Positions 39,026 to 49,960 of a stretch of 64,000 nt of DNA are shown one piece after another. The translations under genes and the position numbers were made by a program. Every line of letters starts with the position of its first letter. Within the stretch, counting starts at the first letter, position 1. Source of the DNA: Octopus bimaculoides. Lineage: Eukaryota. The DNA is taken from the NCBI RefSeq assembly GCF_001194135.2, contig NC_068984.1, forward strand, positions 8,814,849 through 8,878,848. The letters run 5' to 3'. The notes below the pieces were generated by a model, which ran no database searches, was not told the DNA's origin, and saw nothing but the letters and a program-made list of their open reading frames with translations.

Positions 39026-40032
39026 NNNNNNNNNNNNNNNNNNNNNNNNNNNNNNNNNNNNNNNNNNNNNNNNNNNNNNNNNNNNNNNNNNNNNNNNNNN
39101 NNNNNNNNNNNNNNNNNNNNNNNNNNNNNNNNNNNNNNNNNNNNNNNNNNNNNNNNNNNNNNNNNNNNNNNNNNNNNNNNNNNNNNNNNNNNNNNNNNNN
39201 NNNNNNNNNNNNNNNNNNNNNNNNNNNNNNNNNNNNNNNNNNNNNNNNNNNNNNNNNNNNNNNNNNNNNNNNNNNNNNNNNNNNNNNNNNNNNNNNNNNN
39301 NNNNNNNNNNNNNNNNNNNNNNNNNNNNNNNNNNNNNNNNNNNNNNNNNNNNNNNNNNNNNNNNNNNNNNNNNNNNNNNNNNNNNNNNNNNNNNNNNNNN
39401 NNNNNNNNNNNNNNNNNNNNNNNNNNNNNNNNNNNNNNNNNNNNNNNNNNNNNNNNNNNNNNNNNNNNNNNNNNNNNNNNNNNNNNNNNNNNNNNNNNNN
39501 NNNNNNNNNNNNNNNNNNNNNNNNNNNNNNNNNNNNNNNNNNNNNNNNNNNNNNNNNNNNNNNNNNNNNNNNNNNNNNNNNNNNNNNNNNNNNNNNNNNN
39601 NNNNNNNNNNNNNNNNNNNNNNNNNNNNNNNNNNNNNNNNNNNNNNNNNNNNNNNNNNNNNNNNNNNNNNNNNNNNNNNNNNNNNNNNNNNNNNNNNNNN
39701 NNNNNNNNNNNNNNNNNNNNNNNNNNNNNNNNNNNNNNNNNNNNNNNNNNNNNNNNNNNNNNNNNNNNNNNNNNNNNNNNNNNNNNNNNNNNNNNNNNNN
39801 NNNNNNNNNNNNNNNNNNNNNNNNNNNNNNNNNNNNNNNNNNNNNNNNNNNNNNNNNNNNNNNNNNNNNNNNNNNNNNNNNNNNNNNNNNNNNNNNNNNN
39901 NNNNNNNNNNNNNNNNNNNNNNNNNNNNNNNNNNNNNNNNNNNNNNNNNNNNNNNNNNNNNNNNNNNNNNNGTGTGTGTGTTTGTGTGTGTGTGTGTATG
40001 TGTGTGTGTGTGCGTGTGCGTGTGCGTGTTGC

Positions 40033-40068
<36 letters not shown>

Positions 40069-40610
40069 ATTTGCGACTTGAATCAACAAACAGCAATTAT
40101 GGAGAAATTATTGCAAGATAGCAACAGAAACTAGCTAACACGGCCAACATTCATCAATCCGCTGCTTCATTTTCATGAAATGCATAAATAAATATGTTTA
40201 TAGAAAAACCTGTAAAAAAAAAAAAAGTACAAGGTGCATAAAGTTTAAATATAGAACTAGCAGAATGATATAAAAATGGCTGCTTTGGTAGCACCAAGGA
40301 ATGGCTTAGAAAAACGTTTCTGATCTCTACTTTCATTTTCGCACCGCCGAAGAAACAGAATTTCTTTCACATTGAATAACATCTCATAATACCGACCGTT
40401 AATCTTCCAGTCGAGTAAATAGCTATTTTTATACGCCATGAGGAATTTTGGTCACGTCTACGTACGTTTCTGAGTTCAAATGTTTCTAAGATCGATAAAA
40501 TAAAAACCAGTATTTACACTTGGATTCAATTCCACCAACTATAACGTTGCGCCATAAATTGTGGCCTCGTTATTACTGTGAGAAATTATAAAATATTATC
40601 GACATTCTCA

Positions 40611-40974
40611 TTAGTATCATCATCATGGCCATCGTCGATATTGCTGTCGTCGTCGTCGTTATCATCAACAATTCTGAGAAATATTGGCCTCCATTTCTTC
40701 AGCTACACCGATTCCACATATCATTAACTTTTCCTTTTAAATCATTCCAGTGATCTAATTGGTCAATCATACACCGCACTTTGCCAACAATGATGATGAG
40801 AAAGAGGAGGGGGAGGAGGATAATGAAGACGAGGATAAGGATGATGATTATACTGATAATGATGAGGACGTCGTCGACGACGACGACGACGACCATTACG
40901 ACGATGATGATGATGACGATGATGGTAATGATAATGGTAATGGTGATGATGATAATAATAATAATAATAATAAT
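40611..40974. repeat. Compound (CAT/GAT/GAC/AAT)n tract
   Basis: Direct reading. Confidence 0.88.
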
Positions 40975-42068
40975 ACCAAAACCAGAAAAATGTTGACAGT
41001 ACACGGAGCCATCTATCATATGAGTAACACCGATAGGTTGTACTTGTCCTGGGAGAGATTTGATCAGTTGCCACGACTGTATCGAAGCAGAGAAAAACAG
41101 CCGAGTGTGGTATACAAAAAATGCTGTGGAGCCACTGTTGAAACACACGAAACACACAAAACTGAAAATTGTGTAATGAAAGAAAAATTTAAGGAAGAAC
41201 TAAACAAAAATAGAAAAGAAAAAGCATAGAACAAAAAGAAATTGTACGGTCAGTTTACAAGAGATGTGAACGCCAGGACAGATATAGAGGACCGGTGGCT
41301 ATGGATGATGAGGAGTGACCATGAGATAGAGACAGAGGCACTCATATGCGCAGCTCAGGAACAAGCATTAAAGACCAATTATATGAAGTGCAGACCAGAC
41401 AACACTGCCAATAGTGACAAATGAAGAATGTGTGGCGAGAAGGGTGAAACAGTATGATATATCATTAGCGAATGCTCGAAATTGGCACAAAGCGAATACA
41501 AAAGATGTTATGACAATCTGGCAAGAATGATCCATTGGGAACTCTGTGGAAATCACAGCCTACAAGGGGCAAAGACGTGGTATCAGCAAACCCGAGAAGG
41601 AGTCACCGAAAATGAGAATTGCAAAATCCTGTGGGATGCAATGATCCAGTGCGATCACCCGACCGGAAATCGGAAACCAGACATTGTTCTGGTGAATAAA
41701 AAAGAAAGAACATATTTGATAAGTGATAAAGCATTTCCCGGTGACAACAGGATCAAAGAAGAAAAAAAATGAACAGCTATGGTGATTTAAAGTGGGAAAA
41801 AAATGAAGGTTGTGGTCAATGAAGAGAGTAGACGTGATACCAAGAGTAATTGGTGCACTTGGAAGTATCAGCACTCATCTACCATCATGGGTGAAAAAGA
41901 CAGTTGAAAGTGTAAAGGTAGAATACCTACATAACTCAGCATTACTTGGAACTGCAAGAATTCTTCGCAGGATTTTTGCATGACTAGTAAAACAAGCGTC
42001 ACACTCACTCTGATGGCTGTGGACAGCTGACACTTTCCATCCAGCAAAATAAGCTGAGTTTTCATCAC

Positions 42069-42070
<2 letters not shown>
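40975..42070 (+). pseudogene. R4/Dong-type non-LTR retrotransposon 3' part (end of RT, CCHC finger, RLE endonuclease, 3' UTR)
   Basis: TRKMLTVHGAI...DRLYL; ETEALICAAQEQAL; decayed C-x2-C-x8-H-x4-C (*RMCGEKGETV*YIISEC); KPDIVLV; VIGALGS; ALLGTARILRR*. Flanked by (AAT)n on both sides. Confidence 0.92.
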
Positions 42071-42114
<44 letters not shown>

Positions 42115-42541
42115 NNNNNNNNNNNNNNNNNNNNNNNNNNNNNNNNNNNNNNNNNNNNNNNNNNNNNNNNNNNNNNNNNNNNNNNNNNNNNNNNNNNNNN
42201 NNNNNNNNNNNNNNNNNNNNNNNNNNNNNNNNNNNNNNNNNNNNNNNNNNNNNNNNNNNNNNNNNNNNNNNNNNNNNNNNNNNNNNNNNNNNNNNNNNNN
42301 NNNNNNNNNNNNNNNNNNNNNNNNNNNNNNNNNNNNNNNNNNNNNNNNNNNNNNNNNNNNNNNNNNNNNNNNNNNNNNNNNNNNNNNNNNNNNNNNNNNN
42401 NNNNNNNNNNNNNNNNNNNNNNNNNNNNNNNNNNNNNNNNNNNNNNNNNNNNNNNNNNNNNNNNNNNNNNNNNNNNNNNNNNNNNNNNNNNNNNNNNNNN
42501 NNNNNNNNNNNNNNNNNNNNNNNNNNNNNNNNNNNNNNNNN

Positions 42542-43198
42542 GCACGTTATAAAAATAAAGCTACTGAACAATAATAATAATAAGACCTGGAAATAGAGGT
42601 AACTCGAATGTGGAATCTGAAAACAGAAACAATTCCTATCATAGTAGGTGCCTTAGGTATAATAAAAAAATATTCAGACAAATACATAACAAAAACACCA
42701 GGACTTACAAATATATATAACATACAGAAAATTGCACTACTGGGTGCTGCACACATTCTACGCAAAACACTTTCAATACAGTAAACATAAGAGCACCACA
42801 GCAAACCACAGCACATACCCAAGGCGCACAGAGCTGCGCTCGGTAGTGAAATGAAAGCACGTTATAAAAATAAAGCTACTGAACAATAATAATAATAAGA
42901 CCTGGAAATAGAGGTAACTCGAATGTGGAATCTAAAAACAGAAACAATTCCTATCATAGTAGGTGCCTTAGGTATAATGAAAAAATATTCAGACAAATAC
43001 ATAACAAAAACACCAGGACTTACAAATATATATAACATACAGAAAATTGCACTACTGGGTACTGCACACATTCTACGCAAAACACTTTCAATACAGTAAC
43101 CATAAGAGCATCACAGCAAACCACAGCACATACCCAAGGCACACAGAGCTGTGCTCGGTAGTGAAGTGAAAGCACGTTATAAAAATAAAACTACTGAA
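42542..43198 (+). mobile_element. Tandem 315-bp 3' ends of a second R4/Dong-type family
   Basis: Units start at 42584 and 42899 and encode DLEIEVTRMWNLKTETIPIIVGALG...IALLG(A/T)AHILRKTLSIQ*; they are separated by aataataataataa; the end of a third unit abuts the gap. Confidence 0.92.
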
Positions 43199-43270
43199 GA
43201 AGAAGAAGAAGAAGAAGAAGAAGAAGAAGAAGAAGAAGAAGAAGAAGAAGAAGAAGAAGAAGAAGAAGAA
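43196..43270. repeat. (GAA)n microsatellite at the 3' end of the last R4-like unit
   Basis: Direct reading. Confidence 0.97.
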
Positions 43271-43326
43271 GATTCTATTACTTTGTGGTATTACGAAGTC
43301 TATATTATATCATATATATATACATA

Positions 43327-43651
43327 CAGTGTACATTTAAACACATCAGAGTGATGTCCATAATAGGACATCTAACCCGTGTTTATATGTTAATATGTTA
43401 AATAGGACATCTAACTCGTATTTATATGTTAATCTTGGCTTTTCCGCTGATGATAGCTGGCCTTGCAAATTATTATTTTATTTTGCTAAAAATAGCTTGA
43501 AACCATCGTCCGGGAAATAGATGGTAAATGTTTTTATTTTTCATTCCCTTTCGAAATTATCCCTAATTGTCGTTTGGAGTTTTGACTGCTCCTTCTAGCG
43601 GGTTAGATGTCCTATTATGGACATCTATCTGATGTGTTTTAATCTACTCTG
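43327..43651. mobile_element. Tc1/mariner-type MITE
   Basis: TA-flanked CAG...CTG; imperfect TIRs of about 55 bp containing aaacacatcaga..gatgtccataataggacatctaacccg. Confidence 0.85.
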
Positions 43652-44285
43652 TATGTATTTATATGAATAATATATAGCCTATTGACTAGTTTTTTTCTTC
43701 TCGCTAGACCACTGGTAGTAAATAGAATTTCTAGAATTATTTTGCTACCCTGAGATTAATTATATCATACATATATATAGTTGAAAACATTTGCTATTTG
43801 TCATAGATTTAACATTTTCAAAAAAATGCTTAACATTCCCATTAATCGAGATTAGTGAACGCAACGTTATGATTTATCGACAATTTAAAAATATGGATTA
43901 ATGTGCTAAAAGTTTGGATTTGTGAAAAAAGAAAGTGCAATGCAAAACAAACACAAATTTAAAGAAACTTACTGTGGTTTCGACAACTTTTGAAGACTAT
44001 GAATGAATGTAATAACAACAGTAGCATTTATGTCACAGTAAATAATTTAAAGTAAAACAGGAAGTATAATTCAAGTTGGTATTTATACAGAAAGGTAGAA
44101 ATGTTGAATTATGTATCGTAGTGTATGTANNNNNNNNNNNNNNNNNNNNNNNNNNNNNNNNNNNNNNNNNNNNNNNNNNNNNNNNNNNNNNNNNNNNNNN
44201 NNNNNNNNNNNNNNNNNNNNNNNNNNNNNNNNNNNNNNNNNNNNNNNNNNNNNNNNNNNNNNNNNNNNNNNNNNNNNNNNNNNNN

Positions 44286-44316
<31 letters not shown>

Positions 44317-45901
44317 AGTCATAACAGGTTATATTTTGAAGGAAGAATTCGTATATTCAGCAGATTTTTGTAAATGCTAGAGGTAGAATGTCAGATTGTG
44401 CGATGTAAAAAAAACGAGTAGATATTCATAAATCTAGGTTTTAGGTTATGGATAAGAAGATGAAGAGCCAATATGTCAAATAAAATTTAACACTTTAAAA
44501 GTGAATCGATTCTGAATGGGACTAGGGAACATAACAAACATAGATAATTGTATGTATGTATGCATGTACGTATGTGTGTATGTATGTATTATGTATTATG
44601 TATGTAGATATGTATTATAAGAGAGAGAGACAAAATTACAGAAACAGAAGCAGTTCTCTATGATTTGGGGTAACAGACGTATCGGAGTAAAGAGTTAAAG
44701 GAAAACACAGAGAAGCACACACATACATACACACAGTGTTATTATTTTTTAGCTTGAACTGCCTTCGGTTATCTATAATATAAACCCCGTTCTCTGTGTG
44801 TGCGAGTGTGTGCGTGTGTGAATGTGTGTGTGTATGTCTATGTGAGTGTGTGTGTGTGTCGTATTTTTCAACTGATTTTCTCCAAACTAGGAACATACAC
44901 TACTTAAGTTCCAGGGATGGTTTCATATTCTTAAAATTTTTAACAGAATGAGTAACGCGGCTCTTGTGGGCAGAGAATACCCTTTCCTGCGTTACGTCGA
45001 GAAGGTAGGTAACCCTTTGCGAAGTAACATTCAGAAAATGATTGTTTCCCTTACCTCCATTGGTCATAAAAAATATAAAATATAACTTTTTATATTAGAT
45101 TCACGTCTTTGAAAGTTTTTTTTTTTAATATTTACTTCCTGTTTCTAGCGTCAGTGACGTATATATCTTTCTCTATATATCTCTCTCTAACCATTTCTCT
45201 CTATCTATCTCTATCTCTCCATATCTCTCTATCTATATCTTTCTATATACCTATCTCTATCTCTCTGTCTGTCTATATCTCTGTATTTATTGTCTATATC
45301 TTATCCATCTATATCTATCTTGTTTGTCTAACTAGCTAGCTCTCTCTCTCTCTCTCTGCCTCTCTCTCTCTCTCTATCTCTCTGCCTCTCTCTCTCTCTC
45401 TCTTTCTCTCTCTCTACCTACCTATATCTATATCTCACTCTCTATTGTTTTTCCTTTCATTTTTCAGGCTCTATTTTTACACTTTAAGTTCAATCTCTAT
45501 TGATTTCACTGTAAGTTTTGAATCGACAGAAAGGAGTTCACAATTACTGATGAAAGTAATTTCATAATTTACTGACAGAAGTAACTTTATAAATTTCACT
45601 TCAATCCGTACACTTATTTAATTTCCCTAAAAGATTCCTATTTACTTTTCAACGGTTATGTATTTCTCTCTTGTTAACGGCTTTTTTCTGGTTCCTTCGA
45701 TACTGGCTCTTTGTTTCACTAGGTGACAAATTTCGTACAATACTTCATTTTCCGTAAAAATTTATTTACATTCTGCCCATTCGTATTAAGAAATATAATT
45801 TCCGTCACCCAGTTATTTTCATTGTTTACTATCTTCTACATCCGTTCAAATTTTGGAGTTGAATTTCTATAATTTTGAATTTCTATAAATCACTTTTCAT
45901 T

Positions 45902-45944
45902 TTGAACTCGACGAAGACAGTCTCGCAGTCGAAATATCATTCAA
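45902..45944 (+). ncRNA. Minimal hammerhead-like motif, family 2 (near-canonical core)
   Basis: UUGAAC UCGACGA A GAC agucucgca GUC GAAAU AUC AUUCAA, followed by AATAAA at 45947-45952. Confidence 0.55.
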
Positions 45945-45989
45945 CCAATAAAACATCTATTGCAATCGCACTGCCACCTTTGTAATGTC

Positions 45990-46056
<67 letters not shown>

Positions 46057-46127
46057 GAAAGGATTGAGGTAACTCCTCCTGAAGATATAGAGTCAAAATT
46101 AAAAGAAGAGTGCCATTTGTTATCTAG

Positions 46128-46168
46128 TGAACAATATTTCGACATCTCACGTGTCTTCAACTGGTTCA
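46128..46168 (-). ncRNA. Hammerhead-like motif, family 2, variant core
   Basis: UGAAC CAGUUGA A GACA cgugaga UGUC GAAAU AUU GUUCA: perfect stems I and II, core changed at positions 4 and 6. Confidence 0.45.
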
Positions 46169-46298
46169 AACATTAAATTTGTCAATCTACTTCATTTTGG
46201 TTAATATAGAAAGGATTGAGGTAACTCCTCCTGAAGATTGAGTCACCTCAATCCTTTCTATATTAACCAAAATGAAGTAGATCGACAAATTTATTTTT

Positions 46299-46339
46299 TG
46301 AACTAGTTGAAGACACGCGTGATGTCGAAATATTGTTCA
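46299..46339 (+). ncRNA. Hammerhead-like motif, family 2, variant core
   Basis: UGAAC UAGUUGA A GACA cgcguga UGUC GAAAU AUU GUUCA. Confidence 0.45.
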
Positions 46340-46377
46340 CTTGATAACAAATGGCACTCTTCTTTTAATTTTGACTC

Positions 46378-46411
<34 letters not shown>

Positions 46412-46769
46412 CATTATTATTATTATTATTATTATGGTTTTTTNNNNNNNNNNNNNNNNNNNNNNNNNNNNNNNNNNNNNNNNNNNNNNNNNNNNNNNNN
46501 NNNNNNNNNNNNNNNNNNNNNNNNNNNNNNNNNNNNNNNNNNNNNNNNNNNNNNNNNNNNNNNNNNNNNNNNNNNNNNNNNNNNNNNNNNNNNNNNNNNN
46601 NNNNNNNNNNNNNNNNNNNNNNNNNNNNNNNNNNNNNNNNNNNNNNNNNNNNNNNNNNNNNNNNNNNNNNNNNNNNNNNNNNNNNNNNNNNNNNNNNNNN
46701 NNNNNNNNNNNNNNNNNNNNNNNNNNNNNNNNNNNNNNNNNNNNNNNNNNNNNNNNNNNNNNNNNNNNN

Positions 46770-46814
<45 letters not shown>

Positions 46815-46816
<2 letters not shown>

Positions 46817-47065
46817 CGCAGGAGTGGCTGTGTGGTAAGAAGATTGCTTCCCAACCACATGATTCCGGATTCAGTCCCACTGCGTGGCACCTTGTGCAAG
46901 TGTCTTCTAGTATAGCTTTGGGCCGACCAAAGCCTTGTGAGATGATTTGGTAAACGGAAACTGAAAGAAGTCCTTCATATATAGAAAGATAGATAGATAG
47001 ATACATACATACATACATACATACATACATACGTACATACATATGTGTCTGTATTCATGTATGTA

Positions 47066-47101
<36 letters not shown>

Positions 47102-47330
47102 TATGTGTGTGTGTGTGTATTTGTGTGTCTGTGTTTGCCCCCACTATCGCTTGAAAACCGATGTTGGTGTGGTTTACATTCCCGTAATTTAGCGTTTCGG
47201 CAAAAGAGACCGATAGAATAAGTACTAGGCTTACAAAGAATAAGTTCTGGGGTCGTTCGATTTGCTCGACTAAAGGTGGTACTCCAGCATGGCTGCAGTC
47301 AACTGATTGAAACAAATAAAAAGAAAAAAA
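46815..47330 (+). mobile_element. SINE family A, full length, flanked by (TA)n on both sides
   Basis: All segments present; expanded central (GATA)/(CATA)/(TATG) microsatellite. Confidence 0.93.
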
Positions 47331-47426
47331 GAATATATATATATATCCATCGAGTTGTAACCAAGTGTCTTTCTCTCTTTCTGTCTCTCTGTCTCTCTCT
47401 CACCCTTCATATACATACATACATAC

Positions 47427-47468
<42 letters not shown>

Positions 47469-49455
47469 GTTTGTACATTTTAGTATTAATAAGCAACGTA
47501 AACATATTATTTTTCTTTTTCTTCTTTTCTTGTATTCCCGTTAATTCCGACAACACGAACTGCGGAGATCTCAGGAAAGGAATTACCTATCGGAAATATA
47601 TATGAGAAAAAAACTCATGTTGTAGTCCTTTTGATGTGCGGTAACAGTCTCCTATAATGTTGTTTTTTTTTAAAACATTCTGCACAACGACCAAATACTT
47701 TAGATGAAAGTAAATGACATAAGTTAATATTTGGTAGAATTGATGTAAGTGAATTAAAACCATTTTCCTCTTTAGCTTTCTATTTCTTCAAAAACAACCA
47801 ACAAATATGAAAGGTTACTAAAATAAACAATATTTGGTTAAAGCTGGATTAAACTTACAATTTGGAGAAATGTTGTCGCTGATATGTCTGTGGAAACAAG
47901 CGTTGGAAATATTTAGACAACTTTTTATATTTCTGGAAGTTCAAACAAAATATAAATATTTAAAAATTGTGTCATTGGTATATGTATGAGGGAGAGAAAT
48001 GTCAAAGAGGAAAGGATGTAATTATTTTTGAAATGCCAACTATCTCGCAGTGTTAACATAGGCAATCTTGCAGTGAATCGGAATTAGTTTTCTGGTTGAT
48101 TCATGTCAATGTAATCTTCAATGATAAGAAAAAACTTGAAAACCACGTTTTGATAAAGAAAAAAATAAAATATTTTGACAAATTAAATTTAAATGTTGAA
48201 GTGAATCTAACGGTTTTTGTGTGTTTCTTAAATGGCCTATGAACACCTTCCACGCTGCAGTTGTTTTCGTTCCAGCACACGATCTCAGATCAGGTCACTT
48301 GCTATGCAAGTACTTCTCCGTAATTAAAATTTAGATTTTTTAAATAATTATCTTGTCAGTGGTGACTTTAATAATTGTTGTTCTTTAGTAAAAGTTACAT
48401 ACACATAAATTAATAAGAAGTTGTTTTATTATAGCAAAGATGCCAAGGACTTGAGAGCGATTGGACCTTAATAATTTTGTAATTATGATACCTAAATAAG
48501 GGAGAGTTAATGAGTTTAGTCCAATTCCAGTTGATGAAATTCAGTATAAGGTTCATAAATGTAAAATATAAATCTTGGGATACCTAGCAGTATCTAGTTA
48601 AGTCGCCATGTTTTAGCAGAAGTATTGATATCGTTTAATACGGCAGAGTTTGATTTCATATAGATTAATGATCGATAGTAAGTTTGTTGATAATATATAT
48701 AAGCTGTTTCCTTTTATCTGAAATAACAAAAAGTGATGCTGTTCGTTTTCAACTTTTTAATTTTGTTCCAAAGTTATTTCTGAAACTAGTTTGATAAGTT
48801 CATATCAACGCTCTCGAAATGTCTTCTGCTTGTTTTAAACAGCTTTCTTTCATTTTTTTTTTTTTTTCTTAAATCTTATTTCTAAGCTCTTTCTGGAATG
48901 GGTTGATATTTCTTCGAAATTTAATATTTTTTGATCATGAAGAATGAATGAATCGACTTCAAACGATTGTATTAAGTTGTTAGCAGGAGGACATTTGATC
49001 GTTTTCCAAATCATATTTATGTTCTGTTGTATCTTCAAATAAAATTTACAAAAACAAAGTAAAAAAAAAATGAACTGAACACTTAATCCTCTTGATAGAA
49101 TTTTCGGTTTTCTGTAGTAAACATTTTAGACAGACTTTAATTTGTGGTAGAGGAATGTTTTCCATACAAAGCTGTATTTATTATTGTTACATTTATTGAA
49201 TTTATAAATGGCCTTACATAACAAGAGAGTTTATTCATTAATATATAAATGTTGTGCTTTTATTTATATAGCAAAACAAAAGATTAACTGAGAAAAGAAG
49301 TTACATAGAGAGCCTGTGTATGTATATATATATTTGTGTTGTGTGTGTGTGGGGGGGGCGTGTGTGTAAGTGCATACAGGATGGTGTGAATGTTTATGTG
49401 ACTGCAAAAAAGTGTATCCATTTGTGCATGCGAGCGTACGTGAGCGTACGCGCGC

Positions 49456-49491
<36 letters not shown>

Positions 49492-49672
49492 TTAAATTTA
49501 TCTTAACGCATCTAAGCTCATCACAGAATTTATCTCACCTCATGTAAGATATGTACACAGCACTGAAAGTGCTCAATAAAAGCTTACAAAAAATGGTAAC
49601 TTATTTACGAATTGGAGCTACGACAGAAGTCCAATTTATGGTAAACATCACTTTGATCTAAAGCTTATCACC

Positions 49673-49861
49673 CCTTCATCAGATGTCATGGAGAAATTTC
49701 GAACCCGAGTTCTCATTCCGATGTTGTTGTTATTATTATTATTATTATTATTATTCTTTCACTCGGAATCTTGGGGTTAGAAGCCCGCGCTCTTAACCAC
49801 TACGCCATATGTCCGTGGGCAACTATGGAGTGAATTTTAGGGCTTATATATCTAATATTTA
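49673..49861 (-). mobile_element. tRNA-headed, hammerhead-linked element, copy 1 (ends within the ribozyme core)
   Basis: Minus strand: shared upstream AT-rich segment, A box TGGCGTAGTGG (49797-49807), gcgggcttctaacccc arm, (AAT)n, catcggaatgagaactcgggttcgaaattt, GACAU-CUGAUGA-AGG. Confidence 0.75.
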
Positions 49862-49960
49862 TAAAAAGAAGCAGTACATATTCTGGGACAGAATAACCTC
49901 CTAAGCAGATCTAGTGCAAATATGAGTAGAGTATGTGAACCGGTATTAAGGAAGGATAGG

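Larger units (their letters stand above)
46054..46378. mobile_element. Partial tandem plus inverted repeat (Penelope-like arrangement) inside an (ATT)n tract
   Basis: 152-bp unit restarts at 46206; 139-bp inverted arms at 46089-46227 and 46240-46378 with a 12-nt loop; (ATT)n on both flanks. Confidence 0.75.
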
